Positions 10,776 through 21,980 of a stretch of DNA of 64,000 bases are shown here, piece by piece (within the stretch, counting starts at the first letter, position 1; each line of letters begins with the position of its first letter). This DNA comes from Malacoraja senta (taxonomy: Eukaryota). The notes under the pieces are model-generated. The model saw only the letters and a program-made list of their open reading frames with translations, was not told the origin of the DNA and made no database searches. Both the position numbers and the translations under genes were made by a program. The DNA lies in assembly GCA_038087875.1 (NCBI GenBank), contig CM075992.1, forward strand, positions 2,234,001 through 2,298,000, in the 5' to 3' direction.

Positions 10776-10987
10776 AAAACCCATACTAATGTTCCACAAT
10801 TTTTTTTATTTTTATGCTATAGGAGACGACCATTCAGCTCATTAAGTAACATGATGGATTTGGAGCAATCCCATCAAAACCGTTAATTGTATTCCATTTT
10901 TCTTTTGCACGACCAATTTATTCCCCTGCCGCCCATCTACACAAAGGTCATTTACAGTGGCAGGGAGAGTGTATAAACCCTATACAC

Positions 10988-11320
10988 ATGCGGTAGAGTT
11001 GCTGCCTCACACAGCCAGAGACCCGGGTTCCATCCTCACTTTGGGTGCTGTCTGTACGGAGTTTGTACCATCTCCACTTGGAGCCCTGAAACTTCTCTGG
11101 CTTCAGGGCTCCAAGTCCCTGTGACCTGCGTGGGTTTTCTCCGGGACCTCCGGTTTCCTCCCACATTCCAAAAGATGTACAAGTTTGTTTGTTAATTGGC
11201 TTGGTTTAATTGTAAATTGTCCTTAGTGTGTGTGGTATAGTGTTAGTGTGCGGGGATCGCTGGTCACCGTGGTCTTTGTTGGTCGAAGGGCCTGTTTCTG
11301 TGCTGTATCCCTAACCTATG
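10988..11320 (+). mobile_element. tRNA-derived SINE (HE1-like) with a 41-bp hairpin insertion
   Basis: GCGGTAGAGTTGCTGCCTC...GACCCGGGTTCCATCCT (pol III A/B-box-like), core GGGTTTTCTCCGGG..CTCCGGTTTCCTCCCACA, CR1-like tail GAAGGGCCTGTTTC. Confidence 0.85.
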
Positions 11321-12554
11321 GCACTATAGGTTATGAGTGAACCTAGGTCGCTGTATCAATGAGGCAGCAGCACTAAACTGCTGCACCATTAGGGAAAGGT
11401 GGATAAGGGGAGGAATGGGTTGAGTGTGGGCATAATTTTGTGCCATTAGCTTTCATGCCTCAAGGGAAGGTGGCTCATGCCTGTGTTGTGTTGCATTGGA
11501 TACTCAGTTAGATTCAGAGCTGTATCTCTATAAAAGGCAGCTCTCCTTTCAGTCTCTTGCTTACCCAACTGCAGTGTGGAGTAAGGACAGAAGAGGGACG
11601 GGTCCCTGCTACTCCAACTGTCGTCACTGCGCCAGATTCACAGCCTCTGTTGTCCATCGCTGGCTTTGACATATCCCAAGGAGCCTGTTGTCGGCCTCCA
11701 TCCAAATACAAACTGCTATCACTATGTTTCTGAATGTTCTAAGGGAATTCACCAAGTCTCTGTGGATGATGTTTCACTTGAAACTTGACAGTCAACCAAA
11801 CATTAGTTTTACTGAGAATCAATTCCCAATTGGTTGGGCCTGCCTTGGGCTCCAACTCCCAACATCAACAGTCACGGCACAGACTTGCCCGTTAATGTCA
11901 AGAATCTCACTCACATTGAACACATGGAAAGATTTTACTGTTTGACCTCAGCACCGGGATCAAGTTAATGCTTGGGGCATAAACCTCAATCACAGGCAAC
12001 CTCCAGCTACAGAAGTCTCCTGGTCCAGTAGGTACACAGAATAGGCCCAGTGTGGGTTGTGGCGAAGGAAAGGTCAGTGAGCTGGGTGGGTAAAGGTTGG
12101 TGGTACTGATGAATGGGGTCCAAAGATGAGGCTTGTGAGGCAAGATTTTATTTAAGAAATCATTTTCAAACCCTGCTGGGCATCTTGAAAAGCAGACAGC
12201 ACTGATTAGTCACGACAGATAGCCTCGATCCAAACACACATAGCAGATTCAGCATTTCCCCACGTGACTGGGTAATTCTTCCAAAAATAACAATTCGGCC
12301 TCCATATCCTTCCTACAAAACAAAATATTTCTTCTGCCAATCCCCCGGGGTCGAGGATAACTTGCCTACTGCGGTTCTGTGGGTCGAGTGGCTTAAGCAG
12401 CTAATGCAGGGGCCCACAAGTCTGCCAATAGTAGGACAGGAGGTAGCTTAACACTGCAAGGGGGTGGAGAGAAGGGTGGGACGGGTTCCACTTTTCCTAC
12501 CGTTTTCACATCTTCCTCACACTCCCAACAAAGAGATTTAAGAGACGAGTTTAA

Positions 12555-12766
12555 AGGAACTGCAGATGCCGGAAAATCAAAGGTAGGCAAAATTGCTGGA
12601 GAAACTCAGCGGGTGCAGCAGCATCTATGGAGCGAAGGAAATAGGCAACGTTTCGGCCCGAAACATTGCCTATTTCCTTCAGGGTTTCGGCCCGAAACGT
12701 TGCCTATTTCCTTCGTTCCATAGATGCTGCTGCACCCGCTGAGTTTCTCCAGCATTTTTGTCTACC
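12555..12766. mobile_element. Penelope-derived palindromic element (second subfamily)
   Basis: Inverted arms GCTGGAGAAACTCAGCGGGTGCAGCAGCATCTATGGAGCGAAGGAAATAGGCAACGTTTCGG and its reverse complement. TTAAGAGAC occurs near both flanks. Confidence 0.8.
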
Positions 12767-14712
12767 TTAAGAGACTTGAGGATCTCATATCTTCCTAGAT
12801 GCTCCTGCTCCCTCTTGAGCAGTGATATGGACCAAGGTTTCCATCGGGCAGTGGGGATGTTATACTCTTCCTAAGGAGGCTTTGAGACTACCCTTGAATC
12901 AATTTCCACCCCATCCCCTGCCTTCACCATCATCATATCAATCTGATAATCAGTTGCTGTGGTGTAGCTTGAAATAGAGTGCTTATTTTAGGTCACAGGA
13001 ACTGCAGATGCTGGTTTACAACAAAAAGATTGCTGTAGTAACTCAGTGGGTCAGGCAGCATCTCTGGGAAAATATGGATGGGCTATGTTTTGGGTCGGGT
13101 TCCAGCTTCAGACATTATTTTGGGCGTCAGGTGTGGGCTTGTGAACAACATGTTCACTGGGTGTAATTCGGTAATTCGGTGCCATAATGAATTGATGGCC
13201 TTGGAGATCGTGACACTGGATTTGGGCAATTCTGCATAGACAGCCGTAGTGGTATGTCTCCAGTGCTTTTGAGGTGCCTATTATATGCAGTGCACATCTC
13301 AGAATGGATATGAGGTTAGGTACACTGCTGCCTAGTAGACCATGAGCTTCGTGCAGCTTTGCAGGTCTTAATCATCAAAGTATTTTTCTCAAACTCCCAA
13401 GGACAATGCTGGTGCACGGCAGTGGTGGGGGATTTCATTGTCAAAATCTAACTTTGTCAAAATCAGTGGTGTGTATTATCCAGGTTCTTTGTAGTTGGCA
13501 GCCAGCATCATTTAGCAGGGACAGACTGACTTTTGTTTTGCAAATGCTCAGATAAAGGGCCATTCGTTCTCTTCAGTGAATAACTCAATGACGCCTTGGA
13601 ATTTGGCCACCAAACGTGCAGAAATACAGACATCTTCTACGGATGGCAACCCAATGACTGAGTGGAGCCGAGGAACAGAGGTTGAACAATTTCCCGCTTG
13701 TCCGGTCGACTAGTTTCAGTCAGAAGTTTTTTTGAATGCAAAGTGCAACATTGCAGTGTAAAAGATTAAGAACAAGTCAAGATGGAGCCTTGCTAAGACC
13801 CAGTCTGCACCAAGAATTGGCCTCTGATGGTTCTACTGGTTTAAATTAATGCTGCATGCCATCATGTAGCAGTTGGAGAATGGAGATACATTTTGGGGCA
13901 CATATTTGTGAAGGACTGAATCATTTCTAACCTACAAGTTTAATTTCAATATAATGAACTAAGCCATTCACCAAGCTTTTACTTGAACTTTAAGTGGTTC
14001 CAGTGGTCTGCCACATTTGAGTGAACAATGTACAAGATCTGCTTGTCCTGTGGTTTAATTTTGGTTTGGCAGTCTGAGACGACTGTGGGACAGGGAGAAT
14101 CATACAGAATTCAGAAAGAGGCACTCCGTCCGTCTACTGCGTCTGTGCCAGTTGTGAAAGAGCTCCCAGCTTAAACCCTCCCTCCAGCACTGGCCTTTGG
14201 CCCTGCAAGTCACACTGTCCTTTCACACAAACTTCCAGCCTCCTAACTCCCTCTGGGTAAGAAAAATGTCATCTCCCCTCTTTCACCAGCTATTTTTAAA
14301 TTTGTGCACCATGACTTTTGACATCTCAATCCAGGTTCCTTAAATTATACAACTCAGTTAAATTCTCCCACACAATCCTTTGTTCCAAAGAAAGCATCCC
14401 AGGCCTAATCTCTCACAGCTACAATTTTCCAGTCCTGGCAACATTCTTATAAATCTCTTCATCTCATGTGCAATCACCTAATCCCCACAATAGTGACCAG
14501 AACTGAACACAGAACTCACCAAGATGTGGCCCAACCAGTATCATATGCATTCCTTGTACACCTCCTTACATTCTATGCTTCAAGTTAATCTCACCCCACA
14601 GAGCCCAGTCCCTCCACGCACCAGAGTCTCCAAACCCCTGCAGAGTAGTTCCACAGCAACAGATTGAGTGGCCCCCAGCCAGCAACTGGAATGAATGGCT
14701 GCAGTTTGACAA

Positions 14713-14972
14713 GGACGTGCACTCTGCAAAGTCCTCAACCAGTTGGGCATTACAGGGCTGGCCATTCAATCCGTAAGCGAAGTCGCAGAGAAAGCCACTA
14801 GGTGGCTTTGGATTAAGAGGGCTGATCCGTAGGCGGTTGCTGCTGGGATGCAAGTGAACCCAGCTGGGTCGCCTGGGCGAGGGTGTCTGATGTTGTGAGA
14901 CCCGAAACACCCGATAACCCTAGGTCACATCACTGAGGATGCGTTCCAGCGCATCTAGAAGATGTATCTTTC
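14713..14972 (+). mobile_element. 3' end of a HERO/NeSL-type (restriction-like endonuclease) non-LTR retrotransposon
   Basis: The frame from 14713 reads GRALCKVLNQLGITGLAIQSVSEVAEKATRWLWIKRADP*. I recognise AEKAxRWLWIKR from memory as the C-terminal motif of HERO-like elements. A structured 3' UTR follows. Confidence 0.7.
14866..14955 (+). ncRNA. Candidate rearranged (pseudoknotted) hammerhead ribozyme
   Basis: Stem III GGGTGT(14881-86)/ACACCC(14907-12) with GAAA 14904-07. Cleavage triplet GTC (C14887). Stem I TGATGT(14888-93)/ACATCA(14927-32), directly followed by CTGAGGA(14933-39). Confidence 0.6.
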
Positions 14973-15537
14973 ACACAAAGGAAAACAGTGTGTGTTCCTT
15001 TCTGTCCAACCATCTACCTATCAAATAACCCCCCTCACCTCTGTTGGCTTATTACTTCCCAGACATTGTCCTGCCTCTCCTCTCTTCCAGCTTTCTTCCC
15101 CATACAACCAGTCTGACAAAAGGTCTCAACCCGAAACATCACCTATGCATGTTCTTCTGAGATGCTGCCTGACCTGCTTAGCTACGCCAGCACTCAGTCT
15201 CTTCTTTTGTAAACCAGCATCTGGAGTTCCTTGTTTCTACATTGCGTTTGCTTCCTGCCAATAGCTAAATTTGGATCCCACAAGTTTTTCTGTTTGGCTG
15301 GCTAGCCATCCACCATGGTCCTTTAAAAGGTTTAGCTAAAATCCCTCAGATACATCAAATTCTCTGCCCTCATTGGTCCTCCTTGTTACCGCAAATAAAT
15401 CTTGTTAGTGAGGCATAAACTTCCCTTAAATCCAGCCTAAACGTCCTTGATTAATGTACATCTTTGTCAGTGAACATTCATATAATTTCTCAGAATGGAT
15501 TCGAATAATTGTCAACCACCAGAGTTATATCGCACAC

Positions 15538-15999
15538 ACACTCTCCCTGTGCGGTTCCAAATAAATTTCAAGATCCTTCTTTATGTCTACAAAGCCCTTA
15601 ACGGGCTTGCCCCCACCTACATCAAAAGTCTGCTTACCCACCACACCACCTCCAGGTCCCTCAGATCGGCCGACTTGGGGTTACTGAACAACCCGCGGTC
15701 TAGGCATAAGCTCAGGGGCGACCGCGCCTTTGCGGTTGCAGCTCCTAGACTGTGGAACAGCATCCCCCTTCCCATCAGAACTGCCCCCTCCATCGACTCT
15801 TTTAAGTTGAGACTTAAAACTCATCTTTACTCTCAAGCCTTTCTTGACGTCCTCTGAGGGAGGGCTATATGTATGTATTTATGTATGTACTTAATCTATC
15901 AACCACTGTTGTATAACATTAGTACCTCCACCAATGTAAAGCACTTTGGCCAACGAGAGTTGTTTTTTAAATGTGCTATAGAAATAAAAGTGACTTGAC
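15538..15999 (+). mobile_element. L2 LINE 3' fragment
   Basis: LPVRFQINFKILLYVYKALNGLAPTYI...SLRSAD...GDRAFAVAAPRLWNSIP..IRTAPSIDSFKLRLKTHLY is the typical L2 ORF2 C-terminus. The 3' UTR ends TGTAAAGCACTTTG...AAATAAAAGTGACTTGAC. Confidence 0.9.
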
Positions 16000-16519
16000 A
16001 CACACACACACACATATATATACACACACACACGTGTGTGTGGCTGTGCGCGTGCGTGTGTGTATAATATGTATATCTAAAACCAAATGAGACCATTTCT
16101 ACAAAGCACTCTCCCCTTGATATTCCTTCCTCTTGTCCAGCTTCCATCCCTACAATTACATCCAAACTTCAACCTCCACCCAACCATCCCCACCCATCAA
16201 ATTATTGGGCTTGCTACAAACTGGCAGAAAAGGTTCTGGAGATTGCCGTCTGGAAATTCTGTGCTCCCTCTGCAAAGGTACAACTAGCTTTACATTTCTC
16301 ATCAGTACAGTTTGTGTGGTAAATATAACTTCAGCCACTATCTTTATTGATTCAATGGAGAGGCCCACTGTGCCTCTAACTGTACACTGACTGCAAGCCA
16401 AATGAACTGGGGAAATTGAATCCCACACTACCACTGCTGTCATGCTTTTGCATGTTAGAAAGTTGGTTCATGCCATCAGACCACATTTCTGATCCTTCTA
16501 ACGACTCATCCTTTCTCAA

Positions 16520-16930
16520 CAGGAGTTTGGAAGTATAAGGGGAGACCTCATTGAAACTTACCTAAGAGTGACAGGCCTGGATAGATTGGTTGTGGAAAGG
16601 ATTTTTCCACTAGTGGGAGGGTTTAGCACCGACCAAGGCACAGCCTCAGAATCAAAGAAAGTACATTTAAAAAGGAGATGAGGTGGTTTTTCTTTAGTCA
16701 GAGGGTAGCAAATCTGTGGAAATCATTGCCACAAACAGCTGTGGAGGCAAAATAATTGGGTATTTTTAAAGTGAAGATTGCCAGGTTCTTGATTAGTACG
16801 GGTGTCAATGGTTATGGGGACAGGACAGGAGAATGGGGTTGAGGGGGAAAGATAGATCAGCCTGATTGAATGGTGCAGTAGAGTCAATGGGCTGAATTGC
16901 CTAATTCAGCTCCTATGACTTATGAACTTA
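16520..16930 (+). mobile_element. CR1 LINE 3' fragment (diverged)
   Basis: GGAGACCTCATTGAAAC..., CAGAGGGTAGCAAATCTGTGG, GGTTATGGGGACAGGACAGGAGAATGGGG and a CTTATG tail. Confidence 0.75.
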
Positions 16931-17704
16931 TAAGTTGGGCTGGAGGGGATGTTTTCATGCTGTTCGACTCTACGACTTTGACTGAGCAGCTGCCTCAGCA
17001 TCTCTTGGCAGCCTGGAGGTGAACACACATCGCTCCAGTGATAGTGCCCAGACACAACAGCACCGCCAGCTCTGAGAGCATGGGTAGAGGGAGTGGCAGG
17101 GGTGACCTCTTATCAATAGGAAGGCTCACCCAAAGATCTTGGTGTAGTATCTTTGGGCTCACCATTCAGGACTTGGCGTTTCCAAGGTGGCTGCAGGAAA
17201 GAGTTCTCACTTTAGGTGGTGCTACTTAATACAGTGAAAACTCTGCAGACCCTTCTCACCGACTCTGACATTTTAAATCCTTCCAGTTTGGATCACAGTT
17301 AGCTGCTGCGATACTGAAATTTCTATGTGACTGATTGGCCTGGTATAATATTTCACCAGATATGTAATTAAACTTCAACATCATTAAGCGACTTTGAGTC
17401 CTGAAAAGCGCTATATAAATAAAATCTATTATTATTATTATTATTATTCTTTTCAAATGAGAATATGACCAGCATTGGGTATTGTTAAAGACTCTTTGTA
17501 GAAGCTGGTTGTGCGCAAAATGTTGCTGTACGTACCACATTACAACAGTGATATAAGCCAGTGGCTCATCGATGACTCAAAAATATTAATTACACCAACC
17601 CTGTAAACACTGACATGCAGGTCTCAGATACGCTGCACCACAGAAGTTTTATTACTCATCACTTCACAGGATGTGGATGTCACTGATGATGCCTGGGTTT
17701 CAGC

Positions 17705-18168
17705 AACTAAGTTACAGAGAAAGGTTGAACAAGTTAGGCCTTTATTTTTTGGAGCGCAGAAGGTTAAGGGGGGGACTTGATAGAGGTCTTTCAAATGATG
17801 AGCGGGTTAGACAGAGTTGACGTGGATAAGCTTTTCCCATTGAGAGTAGGGAAGATTCAAACAAGGGGACATGACTTGAGAATTAAGGGACAGAAGTTTA
17901 GGGGTAACATGAGGGGGAACTTCTTTACTCAGAGAGTGGTAGCTGTGTGGAATGAGCTTCCAGTGGAAGTGGTGGAGGCAGGTTCGATTTTATCCTTTAA
18001 AAATAGATTGGATGGGTATATGGACGGGAAAGGAATGGAGGGTTATGGTCTGAGTGCAGGTAGATGGGACTAGGGGGAAGTTAAAATATTTTTTTTTAAA
18101 GTGTTCGGCACGGACTTGAAGGGCCGAGATGGCCTGTTTCTGTGCTGTAATTGTTATATGGGTATATG
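17705..18168 (+). mobile_element. CR1 LINE 3' fragment
   Basis: ORF 17777-18073 IEVFQMMSGLDRVDVDKLFPL...TRGHDLRIKG..FFTQRVVAVWNELP is the CR1 ORF2 C-terminus. Confidence 0.9.
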
Positions 18169-18334
18169 ATGCCCACAATTGCTCCCTATCTTTAATTGCC
18201 CCCAAATTCAGTGTTGAAAGTCTATCACATCGGGGGGGGGGGGGGCACATATATGTCCAACAAGTATAGACAGCAGATGTCCTCTCTCCTTAGGACACTA
18301 GTGAACCAGATGGGTTTAAGCAATAAAAGGGCAA

Positions 18335-18725
18335 AGTACCCGAGTAACTCAACGGGTCAGGCAGCATCTCTGGAGAAGGTAGACAAATGTGCTGGAGAAA
18401 CTCAGCGGGTGCAGCAGCATCTATGGAGCGAAAGAAATAGGCAACGTTTCGGGCCGAAACGTTGCCTATTTCCTTCGCTCCATAGATGCTGCTGCACCCG
18501 CTGAGTTTCTCCAGCACTTTTGTCTACCTTCGATTTTCCAACATCTGCAGTTCCTTCTTAAACGCATCTCTGGAGATCGTGGATAGGTGACGTTTCAGAC
18601 TGAAGAAGTGTCCCGACTTGAAACTTTGCCTATCCATGTTCTCCAGAGATGCTACCTGACCTGTGGAGTTCCTCCGGCACTTTGTGTCTTTTTTTTGTAA
18701 ACCAGCATTTGCAGTTCCTTTTTTT
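18335..18725. mobile_element. Nested Penelope-derived palindromic elements
   Basis: A second-subfamily palindrome (about 18377-18560) sits inside a first-subfamily element. GCATCTCTGGAGA occurs on both sides of the inner copy. Confidence 0.75.
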
Positions 18726-20314
18726 CTACTCCAGGGTTTATACAACAATTCAGTATGTGCTTACTGATACAACTCTTCCCATTTGAAAAAAAAAGTTGAA
18801 GTTTAATTGGTAAGGTGGAATTGGAACTTGTATCTCTGAAGCTGTGGTCCGGAACTCTGGCTGCAAGTCCAGTGATTTAACCTTCCCTGGAGTGACTCGC
18901 CTAAATCCCCAATCTTTTCCACCATAATTATTCACATTCACCACTGTCTGGGTGAATGCTGTTCCAACACATAAACTGAACAGCATCCAGAACAAAACAT
19001 TCGCGCCTTACATCCTGTACACCAGTCCCTCCACAGTTCCAGGGTGTCCCACCCACCTAGTACAAACGTAATTGTTCACCTAAGTTACTCTGACAACCCC
19101 TCCCAGAATCGCCGACTCTGAAGCCAAAATTTACAAGGGCAATAGGTTTGTGCACATGCCACCACTTGTATAGTCTCTCCCAGTTGTGCACCATTCTGCA
19201 GGATCACTGGTCATTAATTACCACTCAGACGAAAATCTGGAACTCCCTCTCCAACAGCATTGTGGAGTACCTTTAACAGATTGAGTGGCAACACAAATTT
19301 AGATTTAAATCCGATTCTGGGTTGGGCGAGGTGGGCGGGAACGAGGGGCAGGTATATCTCCACTTTCTTCTTTTTTTCTCCTTATATCTTTAGTCACTTT
19401 TTGGCCACACTACTTTGGTGGTCTAGGGGTCTTTTCTATGTGCTTTTTCGAGCTATCTTTTCACTTCTCACTTTTTCCCTCTCTTGTTCTTTCTCTCTTC
19501 TTGTCTCTCATTTTCAGGTTAAAAGGTTAAAATTGAAGCTGTACAATAATTGTGTAATTTTAGATGCCGAATGTTTTATCCTTGTACAATTGCTAGAATA
19601 ATTTTTTTTTTAAAGATTGAGTAAAGTCTCAAAGCAACAACTCACCATTAACTTTAGTGGCAATTAGTGAAGGGTAATAAACGGCAACACATACATCCCA
19701 TAGATGAGTAAACTTTAAAAAAATACTGCAAGTGCTTGCATTTCTGTGAAATGTACGGCTTTCTTCAAAGGAGCGAGGAAGACTGGATTTGATCAAGCTG
19801 GAATGCACTGGATGATGTAAACTGACAAATCTCTAGGATTTCCTTTAAAAATTAATGAACCATGTGAGCAGAGAGAGATCAGCCCATCTTGTTTAGTTAG
19901 ATTTCTGCAAAGCTTTTGATGAAATGCACTCAGGAGATGAGCCCACAAGATTTGAATACAAGGCTGTGATCCAACATGTCTGGAGTGAATTAAAAAACTC
20001 GTTGAACAAGAGGAAGCGAGGAGTGGAAGTGGAAAGAACTGGCTGTTATTCCACAGGACGTGATATGGCAAAGCAATTGCAGGCAATGCCACAAACCTCT
20101 GAGACATGAGGACTGGTGCCAGAAAATGGGACTGTTTACGGAGGAGAGCAGGTGCAAACATGACTTGGTTTTCAAGGAAATTGCTTGAGAAACCAAACAC
20201 AGGTCGACCCATAAATCTTAGGTGCGTTTATCCTGATCATAGATTCTACAGCAAACCTGATAGGGAAGTGATGTAAAGACTTTATGCAAAGGCTGAGGGA
20301 ATCTCACCAAGAAC

Positions 20315-20680
20315 GGTGGCACAACTGCTTCACCACGCCAGAGATCCTGGTTCGATCCTGACCTCGGGTGCTGTCTGTGCAGTGTTTGAACACTACATCC
20401 CAAAGACATGCGGTTTTGTAGGTTAATTGTTCTCTGTATATGGCCCCCAGCGTGCAGGGAGTGGGTGCAAAAGTGGGACAAGATAGAACTAGTGTGAACT
20501 GGTGATTGTTTCTGGAGAAAAATCTCAGTTATGCAATCGTTCATAGTTAGAACCTCAGTTCTAGTATTTATCTCCAGTATTTTGATAACCTTATCAAACT
20601 GCACATTGGAATCTCACATAGCTTCTGTTGGCGTGGATTTGGTGGGCCGAAGGATTGGTTTCTGTGCTGTATCTTTCAAT
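20315..20680 (+). mobile_element. HE1-like SINE interrupted by a 123-bp locally copied insert
   Basis: SINE head GGTTCGATCCTGACCTCGGGTGCTGTCTGT and tail GGTGGGCCGAAGG..GTTTCTGTGCTGTATCT flank the duplicated block 20506-20628. Confidence 0.7.
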
Positions 20681-21644
20681 CAAGCAATAGTCCCGCAGAT
20701 TTAAATCAGCATTTTCCAAAGAGAATTGGATCTCTTCCAGGTGAAAAGTCCTGTAGCAGGGTTTGAGAGGCAATCGGGATACAGGTTCTGAGCCATGACC
20801 CTCCCTTCCTGATGAAGATGAGTTTCGACCCGAAATGTCACCTATTCCTTCGCTCCATAGATGCTGCCTCACCCGCTGAGTTTCTCCAGCATTTTTGTCT
20901 ACCTTCGATTTTTCCAGCATCTGCAGTTCTTTCATGAACCCTCCCCTCCTTAATACTCTCTTATATACCAGCGCCTCTGGTTGCTGGCTGGATTGTCAAG
21001 GTGAATTTGCTTACTCAGTGACCATGACATGTTATGATTAAACAGACAGGCTGTTAGGCCCAGCAGGCCTGTGTCAATTTCTATGTTTCAATTAAGCATG
21101 CTCCGACCTCTCTCAGTTCAGTTTCAATTTAGTTTATTGTCACGTGTACTGAGATCTTTATCTCACAGTATGAATGCACACACATCCTACTCTTCTCTCA
21201 CGTCTATCAATACTTTTCATCTCAACCATTCCCTGTGCTACCGAGCTCCCATTCTCCCCACTTTCTGAGATAAGACATTTCTTGTGAATTCCCTATCGGA
21301 TTTATCAGTGAATGCCATTTGTTTATAGCCCCTAATTTTGGACTTCTCGGAATAATAAACATTCCACAACCATCCTCCCAAATGACTTCTTAATCTTAAA
21401 GATATCCATTAGGTAACCTTTCGGCGTTCTTGTTTCTGGAGAAAAATCTCAGCTATGCAATCGTTCATAGTTAGAACCTCAGTTCTAGTATTTATCTCCA
21501 GTATTTTGATAACCTTATCAAACTTCACATTGGAATCTCACATAGCTTCTGTACAAACTGCTCTTTGTATTTCTCAGTCACTGGATTCACAGGTTCTTCA
21601 TTGACCCCTTAGTTTCTAATGCTGCTCAAATCATTCCGTCAGCT

Positions 21645-21980
21645 AAAGGTAGACAAAAATGCTGGAGAAACTCAGCGGGTGAGGCAGCATCTATGGAGCG
21701 AAGGAAATAGGCGACGTTTCGGGTCGAGACCCTTCTTCAGACTGATGTGGGGGTGGGTGGTGGGAAGAAGAAAGGAAGAGGCGGAGACAGTGGGCTGTGG
21801 GAGAGTTGTGAAGGGGAGGGGAGGGGAAAGAAGGAGAAAGCAAGGACTACCTAAAATTGAAGGTACCGCTGGGGTGCAAACTGCCCAAGCGAAATATGAG
21901 GTGCTGCTCCTCCAATTTATGGTGGGCCCCACTCTGGCCATGGAGGAGGCCCAGGACAGAAAGGTCGGATTCAGAATGGG
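21645..21980 (-). mobile_element. Penelope-like element 3' end (GIY-YIG C-terminal remnant plus terminal repeat)
   Basis: The reverse complement matches 43830-44172 (CCATAAATTGGAGGAGCAGCACCTCATATTTCGCTTGGGCAGTTTGCACCCCAGCGGT) with a small internal deletion. Confidence 0.85.
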
